A DNA stretch of 64,000 nt from Spirochaetia bacterium (lineage in GTDB: Bacteria > Spirochaetota > Spirochaetia > SZUA-6 > Bin103). Shown here piece by piece: positions 37,691-47,747 of this stretch. Below the pieces are notes generated by a model. It was not told where the DNA came from. It saw nothing but the letters and a program-made list of their open reading frames with translations, and ran no database searches. Within the stretch, counting starts at the first letter, position 1. Every line of letters starts with the position of its first letter. The DNA lies in contig CBDBOV010000004.1 in NCBI GenBank assembly GCA_965208575.1, forward strand, positions 576,001 to 640,000, given 5' to 3'. Both the position numbers and the translations under genes were made by a program.

Positions 37691-37832
37691 CTTGGCGAAG
37701 CGGCGTGACCGGGGAGTTCCCGGGGCTGCTTCATCGCCCCGCGATGCTCAGCCATTGACCTCGTCCGTCACTTCCTCGCTCAGGTCAATCTGAGACGGAA
37801 CAACACGCTGATCCAAAAGCACGGCAGCTCCA

Positions 37833-38907
37833 TCCCAGTTCCGCGATCTGCTCGACAGCCATGACTATGAACCGCTGCTCGGCTGCTTCGGCGACTGGAT
37901 AGGGCGCATGCAGGACGCCAAATGGCTGCAGCACTATCAGTTCCTCGACGGTCGCTACCTCGTCACCATGGACGGCTCCCAGTACTTCAGCTCGTACAAG
38001 GTGAACTGTGAGTGCTGTCTGACCGCCACCAACAACGGCACCGTACGCTACCACCACGACATCCTGCAGACCGCCATCGTCCACCCCGACAAGCGGCAGG
38101 TGCTGCCGTTGGCTCCCGTGTTCATTCACAACGCCGATGACTCTGGCGCCAAGAGCGCCAAACGCCGCAAGCAGGACTGTGAACCAAAAGCCGGCTACCG
38201 TGCCGTGCAGCGCATCCGTAACGACCATCCCCGGCTGGCTGCGGTGATCGTCGCCGATAGCCTGTATTCCAAGCAACCGTTCATCAAACAGGTGCGCGCC
38301 GCCCGCTTCTCGTTTCTGCTGGTGGCCAAGCCGGAGGATCACATCAGCCTGTACCAGGATATCGACGGGCTGCGCCGCGGTCGGCTGCTGGACCACCGCT
38401 GCACCATCGACGCGACCGGGGACCGGCATGAATACGAGTGGGTTCCCGGGGTGCCGCTGAACGGCAAACCCCCGCAGTCCCCAGATCAACTTCGTGCACT
38501 ACCGCATCGTACGGGCCGGCACGACCACCTATCAAAACGCCTGGGTGACCGACTTGGTACCCACCGCTGGCAGCGTCGCGCGGATCGTGCGTGCGGGACG
38601 AGCACGCCGGAAGATCGAGAACGAGAGGTTCAATACGCTGAAGAACCAGGGCTATCACCTGGAGCACAACTTCGGCCATGGTGACAAGTACCTGTCGGAG
38701 GCGTTCTTCCTACTCAACCTGCTCGCCTATTTCATGCACCAGATATTCGAGCTGGTGGACGGTCTGTATCAGCAGGTGCGGGCTGGGTTCGGGTCGCGCC
38801 GGGAGTTCTGGGGCGCGGTGCGTGCCACGTTTCGGCTATTCCTGATCCCGTCGTGGGACCAGGTGCTGGTGCGGATGAACTCTCCGCCGCAGCCGCTGTC
38901 CGGGTAG
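37833..38907 (+). pseudogene. 5'-truncated, frameshifted DDE transposase (ISNCY/IS4-like)
   Basis: MDGSQYFSS, KQDCE, VADSLYS, GRARRKIENERFNTLKNQGYHLEHNFGHG; frameshift near 38467. Confidence 0.85.
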
Positions 38908-39540
38908 CCGCTCCCTGGAGAACTGAACCTGCTCCCTGAACGATCCCTGACTGGGGCTGCGGCGCAGGTGTGCCGGCGGCGCGCGGGCAACCGGCCCCGA
39001 AGGGCCGATCGCGGCACCGCGCCAGCCCACGGCATCGGCCGAGCGGCGGTGGCTGACGGTGGTCAGGTCATCGCACGGGGCTGGCTTGACGGTGGCTAAA
39101 TACATCACCTGCAATCAGTTACAGAATTTCTGCCGGGTCGGGCCGTGCGTGCATTCACTCGGTGGGCCAACAGGTGGGCATGGTCGCGTTTCACACTCGG
39201 AGGGCTTGAGCTTATGAGGGGGCTTGCGGTCTCGCCCTCGAAACTTTTCTGTAACCTTTCGGCCCCCAATGTTGCATTACTATTTATGATGCTCTGCTGC
39301 TCCCCGAGAATTGCTGGTTGCAGAACACACCAGTTGACAGCTTTGGCGCTTTCACCTAAGGTCGGAGCGTTCTGGTGGGGGGCCGAGATGAGGGCAGAGA
39401 TGGGTATTGACAGATCGACAGCTTCGGCCCATGGTTCACCCATGTTGAGAGTTGATGCGGGGGGAGTGGAATCTGCTAGGGCGCGCTCGTCCGATCCCGC
39501 AGGCTCTGTCGGGGCCAACTTGCCAGATGGGTATTGACAG

Positions 39541-39600
39541 ATTCAGATCGGATATAGTTCTTCCTATCATTCAGATCGGATATAGTTCTTCCTATCATTC
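39541..39600. repeat. Exact 28-bp tandem duplication directly after TTGACA
   Basis: ATTCAGATCGGATATAGTTCTTCCTATC x2 plus ATTC. Confidence 0.95.
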
Positions 39601-39612
39601 GTCCGTACCTCG

Positions 39613-39711
39613 AACGGCCGACGACGTCGGCCGCCACGAAGCCGTGCGTCCAACAGCCGACCCCGTCGGCTGCCACGCGTCCGCGCGTCCAACGGCCGAC
39701 GATGTCGGCCG
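39613..39711. repeat. Three hairpin units at 39-bp spacing upstream of SBP 4
   Basis: CGGCCGAC-gac-GTCGGCCG, CAGCCGAC-ccc-GTCGGCTG, CGGCCGAC-gat-GTCGGCCG in units starting 39613, 39652, 39691. Confidence 0.9.
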
Positions 39712-39800
39712 TAACCTCCACCAGTCCACTGAGGCCGGCGTTGCCGGCCAAGCAAAACAAACGGGCAACGGTACAGCCGACCCGACAGAGGAGGACCATT

Positions 39801-41579
39801 ATGGTCCGATTCATTTCAATTACACTGGCGTTCGCGCTGGTGGCGACCGCTGCGTTTGCCGGAGGGGGCAGCGACAGCGACAGCTCGGCTGCGGCCGAGA
39901 AGGAAATGGTGCGCGATCCATCCACCGGCGAGATGGTGACCGCGCCCGAGTATGGCGGCACGATCCGACCGATCGTCAACTTCAAGAACGAGGGCATCGA
40001 TCCCTATTACAGCTACACTTCCGGATTCTGGGTTTCGCTGACCAACGAGAAACTGGGGGGAGTGGACTGGGCAGTCGACCGGAGCGTGGTCGGCTTCGAC
40101 ACGCTGTACCTGCCCAACGTGGTCGTCACCGGGCTGCTGGCCGAGAGCTGGGAGAACCCGGATCCGCTCACCTACGTGTTCAAGATCCGCGACGGCGTGT
40201 TCTGGCACGACAAGGCGCCGGTGAACGGTCGCCAGCTTACGGCGCACGATGTCAAGTTCCACTACGAGCGGATCGTGGGACTCAGCGGTGAGAAGAGCGC
40301 GGAAAGCTCCGGAGAGCTGTACGACGAGCTGTCGGTCGCGTCGATCACGGCTCCCGACGATTTCACCCTGGTAGTCAAACTGAACAAGCCCGATCTCCGA
40401 GCCCAGAATGCCCTTCTCTTGGACTTCGGTGCGTGGATAGTGCCGCCCGAGGTGGTCGAGCAATTCGGGGACATTCAAGACTGGCGCAACGTGGTCGGAA
40501 CGGGTCCCTATCAGCTGACCGACGTGGTGGAGGGCAGCTCGTGGACCTACACCAAGAACGATAACTACTGGCGCAACGACCCGAAATTCCCCGACAACCG
40601 GTTGCCCTACGCGGACAAGGTCGAGTACATCATCGTCAACGACCCCGCGGCCATCACCTCACTGATGCGCTCGGGGCAGGCGGACTATATGGGGTTCCCT
40701 CTCAACTCGCATCTGACCAGTGTCGATGCGGCGGTGAGTCTGCAGAAGACCAGTCCCAACCTGGTGCTCCACCCGTTTTCCTTTCGCTCGGAAACGGCGT
40801 TCAGTTTCAACAACCAAAAGCCGCCCTGGAACGACATCCGGGTGCGCCGGGCCCTCAGCATGGCCATAGACCAGGAGTCCATCGCCGAGAACTACATGCA
40901 GGGTTGGGGCGATGCAAGCCCGCACGGTCCCACTGGCGCCAAGGTGCTCGGGTACGCCGTCCCGTTCGACGAGTGGCCCCAGGAGACCAAGCAGTACTAT
41001 CGGTTCGACCCCGAGGCGGCCGAGAAGCTGCTGGAGGAGGCCGGCTATCCGCGGGGCGAGGACGGCATTCGCTTCAGCACCGTCTATGAGCACTTCGAAT
41101 TCTACGACCTCGGCTACTACCAGATCGCCATGGATTACCTCAGGCAGATCGGCATCGACGTCGAGATCCAGGTAAGAACTCGCGCGGAGTTGGGCGCATT
41201 AGTTACGAACCGCACCTACCTCGGTCTGCTCTCGAATGTATGGGCCGCCGAGTATCCCGATGGCATCGCCCCGCTTGCCCAATACTCGTCTAAAAACCTA
41301 AACCATTTGAACATCCAGGACCCCGTATTCGAAGAGTACTACGAGAACGCGACGGCCGCTACCACGATAGAGGAGCAGCAGGAGTGGGCGCGGAAGGCCA
41401 ACCTGCGTTTGGCCGAGCAGCTGGTGGTGATCAGGGGCCCCATAGCGCCCCTGTTCGGTGCGACCCAACCATGGTTAAAGGGCTACAACGGAGAAGGCGA
41501 GCTCGGCCGCATGAACCGTGCTGGCATCTTCCAGTACCTCTGGATCGACCAGGACCTGAAGCGGGAGCTTGGATTCTGA
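39801..41579 (+). CDS. Family-5 ABC solute-binding protein, orphan (no permeases)
   Basis: GAGGAGG RBS, signal peptide, DPSTGEMVTAPEYGG, LAESWENPD, VGTGPY. Confidence 0.92.
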   Translation: MVRFISITLAFALVATAAFAGGGSDSDSSAAAEKEMVRDPSTGEMVTAPEYGGTIRPIVNFKNEGIDPYYSYTSGFWVSLTNEKLGGVDWAVDRSVVGFDTLYLPNVVVTGLLAESWENPDPLTYVFKIRDGVFWHDKAPVNGRQLTAHDVKFHYERIVGLSGEKSAESSGELYDELSVASITAPDDFTLVVKLNKPDLRAQNALLLDFGAWIVPPEVVEQFGDIQDWRNVVGTGPYQLTDVVEGSSWTYTKNDNYWRNDPKFPDNRLPYADKVEYIIVNDPAAITSLMRSGQADYMGFPLNSHLTSVDAAVSLQKTSPNLVLHPFSFRSETAFSFNNQKPPWNDIRVRRALSMAIDQESIAENYMQGWGDASPHGPTGAKVLGYAVPFDEWPQETKQYYRFDPEAAEKLLEEAGYPRGEDGIRFSTVYEHFEFYDLGYYQIAMDYLRQIGIDVEIQVRTRAELGALVTNRTYLGLLSNVWAAEYPDGIAPLAQYSSKNLNHLNIQDPVFEEYYENATAATTIEEQQEWARKANLRLAEQLVVIRGPIAPLFGATQPWLKGYNGEGELGRMNRAGIFQYLWIDQDLKRELGF

Positions 41580-41580
41580 A

Positions 41581-41603
41581 TCAATCGCCCGTAGGGCGAT
41601 TGA
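41581..41603 (+). terminator. Stem-loop immediately after the SBP stop
   Basis: TCAATCGCCC-gta-GGGCGATTGA perfect 10-bp stem. Confidence 0.7.
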
Positions 41604-41871
41604 AACGGGAGTCGCTGCGCGACTCGACCAGGACCTCAAGCACGAGCTGACTGGAACGCGGGACTAGGACTGTCTCGCGTATCACCAGGATAACACAACT
41701 CTGGCGGGGTGTGGTGAAATACACAGCCACACCCCGCTATGACATTCTGCGCGTCGCGCCAAGGTCGCCGAGCAACCGGCGGCGTGAGCACGAAGCCTCA
41801 ATCCTGTCGTTGTAACTGTTTCTATAAGTAATACATCCCTGCCTATGCTTTTCTTACCGCTTTTCTTGCCT

Positions 41872-42927
41872 TTAATCCCGTCATGTGCCAAAACTCAGCC
41901 GGATGGTATCTCCGGTGCGGAGATTCTATCGGAAAGGGTTACCATTATAGATTCTCGCCCGGGATCGTGATTTCAGAGCTAACTGCGCGGCCGCATACTA
42001 ATTGCGATCTCTCGTTCCTGCTCCATTTGGCAAAGATGGCGACTATTCCGTCCACATTTGTTTGCGTAGCGGAACTTACCTGAAGCCGGTAACAGAATGC
42101 GCAAAAAGCACTAACGCGTTTTTAACGGCATTCCAGGTTGACGGTGGTCGTAAAGGAAAGGAGTCAGTCATCTGTTCCCGAGAGGCAATCCGACTTATCG
42201 GTACGATTATCTGTCCGTCACGTAAGGAGGTGTAGCGTCAAGCCGCGTCGCGGTAGTAGTAGTTGAGGAAGCCGCCCGAGCGAGACCTTGTTTTGATATT
42301 GCCTTTGTTTCTTCCTACATTGTCGTCTGCATGAATGATGTGGCTACCCAATCCCTGGTGGTTTCGCTCTGTGTGGTAGTACTCCATATATTCTTTGATG
42401 GCGAGGCGAAGAGGATGAACAGTGGATCTCTGTCCATGATGAGATATCGGACATCTCGAAGAAACCCGTCGAAAGGATCAGTCAGATTGCGGCCCATTTG
42501 CTTCATCCAGGCTTCAGAAGGCTGATCCGTGATGCCGACGATCTGCACCTCTCGCGTTTCAAGGTGTATCGAAAACAGGACGTAGTAGCTGACATTTGCG
42601 GGAATTATTCAGCCTACGCCTCTGCTTATGAGTGAATCGGAGCCGATGGCCTTTGCAGAGCTCCTGGTATACCCGGATCTCTTCAATGAGATAGTCAATA
42701 ATCTTCTGCTGATCTCTGTTGATCCAGCCGGCTGCGAGTAGGATGAAGAATCGTAAATAGTCTGACATAGCGGGGAAGATATCACATTTTCGAAGATTTA
42801 GTTCGTGAATGCGTGCCTTGAACATCGGAATCGGATCTATGACAACTGAGCCGGATTGGACAGCTAAATGCTTTCGCTGACGAAACATACGAAAATCCGG
42901 CTGAGTTTTGGCACAGGACGGGGTTAA
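41872..42927 (-). mobile_element. Non-autonomous IS derivative with 33-bp terminal inverted repeats
   Basis: TTAATCCCGTCATGTGCCAAAACTCAGCCGGAT versus rc TTAACCCCGTCCTGTGCCAAAACTCAGCCGGAT (2 mismatches); AT-rich; contains transposase remnants. Confidence 0.8.
42238..42768 (-). pseudogene. Internally deleted integrase-core (rve) transposase
   Basis: AGWINRDQQKIIDYLIEE, WMKQMGRNLTD..YLIMDRDPLF, GGFLNYYYRDAA pieces in different frames. Confidence 0.85.
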
Positions 42928-43007
42928 CAAACAACGGAATACACCTTAACCTACCCCCCGGGCTGTCCCACAAACCGGGACCACCTCACTTCTAGGAGGA
43001 TTGCCAA

Positions 43008-44519
43008 GTGTCAGAACGAACGATCGCCGGCTACTGCTGGCCGCAGAGCGTCGAAGCCGGGGAGACGGTCTCCGTGTTTTGCCACACGGAAGCGGTGCGC
43101 TTCGAAGTCTCTGTGGTTCGGCAAGGACTGGAGGACACCGAGGTGTACCGAAAGGCCGGCCTTGCGGGCAAAGAGCAAGTGCTCGGCGCCGAACTATCTG
43201 TGACAGGCTGCGACTGGAAGCCGGCACTCGAGATCGGGGTGGATCCCAGCTGGCCGTCCGGGTTCTACCTGGTCCGGCTGCGCGCGGCGGAGGGAGAGAC
43301 CGCGGAGGCTTTCTTCGTCGTCCGCTCGCAGCAGCGCCACGATGCGATGCTGGTTCTGTCGACCTCGACCTGGGCCGCCTACAACAACTGGGGCGGCCCA
43401 AGTTTCTATACTATGAGCTATGAAGGTGGGGTAATGCCCTCTGACGTGATGCCCGGGGGCCACGTTTCCGCGACGCAGCGACCGCTGCCGAAGGGCTTTC
43501 TCGCCAGGCCCGAGCCCCAGAGGTACCGCGCAGCTGGTGAGCAAGATCTTGCGGCCGGCGAGCTCGAGGCGTTCAAGCAAGCCGGTCATTCGCTGTGGTC
43601 CTTCGCTGCCGGCTGGGCGGGGTGGGAGCATCCCTTCGTTCGCTGGGCGGAGCGGGAGGGTCTCACGCTGGACTACGCCGTCAGCCACGATCTGGACCGC
43701 GATCAGGACTTGCTCAGCGGCTACTCCCTCTACCTGTCGGTCGGGCACGACGAGTACTGGTCGGGGGGGATGCGCGACACGGTGGAGGGTTACGTCGACT
43801 CGGGCGGGAACGCTGCCTTCTTCTCCGGCAACACATCCTTCTGGCAGGTTCGATTCCAGCGAGGATACGAGCAGGTCGTGGGGTACAAGCTGGCGTTCGA
43901 GGACGATCCGGTGTACGGAACCGAACGGGGCCAGAGCCTCTCCACCATGTGGTCGGACCCGCTGGTCGCGCGACCGGAGAACCACATGACCGGCGTCTCG
44001 TTTACCCGAGGCGGCTATGCCCACATGCGTAATGCGCCGCATGGCTCAGGCGGCTACACCGTGTGGAGGCCCGCCGACTGGACCTTCGAGGGACTCGGTT
44101 TGTTTTGCGGCGATCTCCTCGGCTCCGATCCGGTGGTCGTAGGCTACGAGTGCGACGGTTGCGATCTCACCCTGCGAGACGGCCTGCCGGTGGCAACGGG
44201 TCGCGACGGAACCCCCGAGGACTTCGTCGTCCTTGCCACAGCTCCAGCCCACCTATGGGAAACGCACGAGGGGGCGGCGGCGGGCCTGCCGGACAGCTAC
44301 GTCGGCGAGCTGAACTGGGTGGCGAAACGGTTGGGCGGCGCGGACACGCCCGAAAACCGCGAGAAGTATGCAAGCGGGCGCGCTGTGATGGGGCGTTTCC
44401 GGCGGGGCCGTGGTGAGGTCTTCACGACGGGCTGCACCGACTGGGTGCACGGGCTCGGCGATCCGGTGGTCGCTCAGGTGACCCGGAACGTGCTCGATCG
44501 CTTCCTAAAAACGAGATAG
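43008..44519 (+). CDS. N,N-dimethylformamidase beta-subunit family protein
   Basis: STWAAYNNWGG, LSVGHDEYWS, FFSGNTSFWQVR, GYECDG; AGGAGG RBS. Confidence 0.8.
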   Translation: MSERTIAGYCWPQSVEAGETVSVFCHTEAVRFEVSVVRQGLEDTEVYRKAGLAGKEQVLGAELSVTGCDWKPALEIGVDPSWPSGFYLVRLRAAEGETAEAFFVVRSQQRHDAMLVLSTSTWAAYNNWGGPSFYTMSYEGGVMPSDVMPGGHVSATQRPLPKGFLARPEPQRYRAAGEQDLAAGELEAFKQAGHSLWSFAAGWAGWEHPFVRWAEREGLTLDYAVSHDLDRDQDLLSGYSLYLSVGHDEYWSGGMRDTVEGYVDSGGNAAFFSGNTSFWQVRFQRGYEQVVGYKLAFEDDPVYGTERGQSLSTMWSDPLVARPENHMTGVSFTRGGYAHMRNAPHGSGGYTVWRPADWTFEGLGLFCGDLLGSDPVVVGYECDGCDLTLRDGLPVATGRDGTPEDFVVLATAPAHLWETHEGAAAGLPDSYVGELNWVAKRLGGADTPENREKYASGRAVMGRFRRGRGEVFTTGCTDWVHGLGDPVVAQVTRNVLDRFLKTR

Positions 44520-44526
44520 CTCGGCG

Positions 44527-45105
44527 TCAAAAGAGCTCGTCAGCTTCCAGCACCAGCTCACCGGCGCAGATGGTCGCGTCGTAGCCGACGGTGCGCTGCA
44601 TGAACCGCTTGGCCTTCTCGGGCAGGTCGTAGACCATGCGCGGCGCCGGGAAGTCCAGTCGCTCCAGATCGATGACGTTGACGTCTGCGCGCAGACCGGG
44701 CTGCAACGCCCCGCGGTCGTCGAGCCCATACACCTCGGCCGGGCCGCGCGTCTGCTTGTAGACGATCGTCTCCAGCGGCACTCGCTTGCCTCGCGTGCGA
44801 TCACGCCCCCAGTACGCCAGGTTCCAGCTCGGCATGTGCGCATCGCTGATGGCGCCGACGTGGGCGCCGGCGTCGCTGAGGCCGTTGCGGGTGATCGGAT
44901 GGTTCATCATGTCGACGACGTAGTCGAGATTGCCCTGCGAATACCCCTCCAGATAGTGGAGCAGCGTCGTCTGGCCATCGCCACCGGTCAGCAGGTCGTA
45001 GTACGCCTCCTCGCCGGAAATGCCCTTGGCGCGCGCGTAGGCGCCTGCTGGCCAGAATCTTCGCCCGCACCTCGGGGTCGCGCATCTTGCGCAGCCGCTC
45101 GTCCA
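44527..45105 (-). pseudogene. Fragment of N-acyl-D-amino-acid deacylase (amidohydrolase)
   Basis: GLSDAGAHVG, GLDDRGALQPGLRADVNVID, DLP..KRFMQ..GY; N-terminal two-thirds missing. Confidence 0.75.
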
Positions 45106-45215
45106 AGGTGCGTTTGAAGGTTCCGTCGGCCCGGGAGGCGTAGAGGTCTTCGATCATGTCCGCAGCGAGGACGCTGAGAACCGAGTAGCCAGCAAGACAG
45201 GCGGCATGGGCGATG
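45106..45215 (-). pseudogene. Internal shard of an IS21 IstB-like ATPase
   Basis: IAHAACLAGYSVLSVLAADMIEDLYASRADGTFKR resembles the post-Walker-A segment of IstB. Confidence 0.55.
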
Positions 45216-45277
45216 GGCTTACTGATGGTGGAACAGCTCTAACGAACTTGCGGGAAGCAGTCAAGCTAACGAGCTGA

Positions 45278-45312
45278 GCTAGCGCCGCTAGCGCCCTAGC
45301 GCTGCTAGCGCC
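45278..45312. repeat. Four CTAGCGC-core short tandem repeats
   Basis: GCTAGCGCC GCTAGCGCC CTAGCGCT GCTAGCGCC. Confidence 0.85.
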
Positions 45313-45432
45313 TGCTGGAATTTTCGCTCGAATTGGGTCGGATAGGTAGGATGAGGAGGCTGAGGCCGACCAAAAATGGCCTCGTAGCGCGCTGAGCCGG
45401 GCTTGAGTATCGAGGGCGCGGGGCTGTAAGAG

Positions 45433-46640
45433 CTACGCGAGAGCCTGGAACGCCTTCGCGGTTGCCGTCAGCGCCTGCTCGATGTCGGCTTCGGTGTGCG
45501 CGATCGACAGGAACATGTTGTGCCACGGGTGCAGGTAGACGCCGTTCTGCAGGGCGTGGGTGCAGAACGCCATGCCCTTCTCCATCTTCGGGTCGTCCTC
45601 GAACATGACGGTGGGGATCTGCGGGGGGCCGCTCTGGCGGATCGCGTGGCCGTAACGGGTGGATTGCTCCGCGAGGCCGTCACGGAACAGTTGACCCATG
45701 CGCGCGGTCAGGGCCGGAGCGTCGACCTCGGCGAGAAGATCGAGCGTCTCGATGGCCGCCGCCAGCGGCGCCGCTGGTACCAGAGCGATCCGGTCACGAA
45801 GATGGACTCGGCCGCTTCGCGGTAGGGCTCGCTGCCGAGGATGGCCGACAGCGGTTCGCCGTTGGCGATCGCCTTGCCCCAGGCCGACAGGTCGGGCTGG
45901 ATTCCCAGCAACGACCAACTCGCATCCAGGGACAGACGCAGTCCGGCGCGGACATCATCCAGGATGAGCGCGGCACCCTCGGCGTCGCAGATCGCGCGCG
46001 CCTTCCGGGCGAAGGCCGGGTCGGGCAGCTCCTGGTGGTAGCCGGCGTCGTGCTTGAAGGCCGAGACCACGATGCCCGCGAGGTCTCCCGAGGCCGCCTT
46101 GGCTGCTGCGGTCAGGCTGTCGATGTCGTTGTAGGTGTAGCGTGGAAAGAGCTCGTGCTCCTCTGCCGGCGTTCCGTGCGACATCCGATTCGCCCACGGC
46201 TGTGCGCAGTGGTAGGCGCCGCGCGCGACCAAGATGTTCCGCTTCTCGCTCTTCGCGCGGGCCACCATGTTGCACACGGTGGTGGCGTCGTTGCCGTTCT
46301 TGGCGAAGATCGCCCAATCGGCGTGGCTCACCTGGTCCACGAAGCGCTCAGCCAGGTCGACCATGACCGGCGGCGGGCCGTTGGCGATGTCCAGCAGATC
46401 CCGCTGCGCGTCGGCAGCAGCGGCGATCCGCCGGTTGCCGTACCCGGCGATCATCGGGCCAAAGGCGCACATGAAGTCGATATACTCGTTGCCGTCCACG
46501 TCCCAGAGGCGGCAGCCATCGGCCCGGTGATAGTACTGGGGATAACCCGGCGGCATCTTCCGATAGACTGACATGTGGCCGTACATGCCACCGGGGATCA
46601 CGCGCTTGGCGCGTTCTCGGAGCGCTGCGTCAGTGTTCAT
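45433..46640 (-). pseudogene. Class III aminotransferase (GSA-aminomutase-like), one frameshift near 45775
   Basis: WDVDGNEYIDF, KNGNDAT, ILDDVRAGLR, WGKAIANG; C-terminal frame resumes AAPLAAAIETL; could be a sequencing indel. Confidence 0.8.
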
Positions 46641-46662
46641 GTTCCAGACCCCGCCTTGCTGG

Positions 46663-47747
46663 CGCTTTACGACTCGACGTACGTGGACGGAGTTGCGCAC
46701 AGCATCCCACGCCAAATGAAGACCGAGCTTGCGGCGCGATACGGGGCGCTGGGTTTCATCGGCTGGCACCACAGCCCCGGACAGCACCTGCCCGCGGGAA
46801 CGTGCGCGTTCGGGCGCGTCGGCGGCGTACCGGTGGCATCGATCACCTACGAAGACGGCGCATGGCTTCAGCGTGTCGCACGGCGCAGGGGGTCGCTGCG
46901 GTTTCGCCTGCTGCTGGACAGCCGGATCGAACGCAAGGACTCCTGGAACGTCGTCGGAGAAGTGACCGCCCGGGGCGAAGGAGCGGAAGCGACCGGCAAC
47001 GAGCACCTCGTCATCGGCGCGCACTACGACTGTCATCACGTTGCTTCGGGCGCCATCGACAATGCGGCGGGGGTGGCCACCGTGCTCGAGGCCGCGCGGG
47101 GGCTGAGCACGTTCGCATCGCATCTTCGACGCGACGTCAAGATCGTCCTGTTCGGCGTGGAGGAGCCCGGTCTCGTCGGCTCCATGGCCTATGTGCATCG
47201 CCACGAGCGGGAGCTGGGCGACCTCGTGCTGATGATCAACAACGACTGTCTCGGAGGTCGACCGTCCGGCATCGAAATACAGGGTCGCGACGAACTCCGC
47301 GGAACCATGGAGCAGGTCGCGGAGAGCGTCCGGATCGGTGGCGAACCTCCGCCTCCTTTCCGCGTCACGACCGCCCATCCCGGCTGGTGGGGCCTGGACA
47401 GCACACCGTTCGGATTCAAGGGCGTCCCGACGGTCCACCTGACGTCGACCGAGGCGAAGACCGGGGACTTCGCTTCCTATCACCTCGACACCGATCACAT
47501 CGACAAGGTGTGCATCCCGGGCCTCACGGAGGCGGCGGTGGTCAACGCGCGGATCGCCCTCCACGTCGCCAACCTGACCGAGCGCCCGGCGGCTCGCATC
47601 GACCGATCGCACGTAGAAGAGATCCTTCACCGATACGACCGGGAGCCGCCGTTCTACACGATCATCTCGTTGCGCGAATCCCTCGAACTGCTGGATCTCT
47701 GGCCGATCGATCATGCGATCGAACGCTACTTTTCCCGCGAAGACTGA
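46663..47747 (+). pseudogene. 5'-truncated duplicate of the M28 peptidase
   Basis: Near-identical to 36414-37498; lacks the first ~134 codons. Confidence 0.9.

Noticed and set aside
39613-39711. Mini CRISPR array
   Set aside because: Period is only 39 bp, the linkers resemble each other, and there are no cas genes
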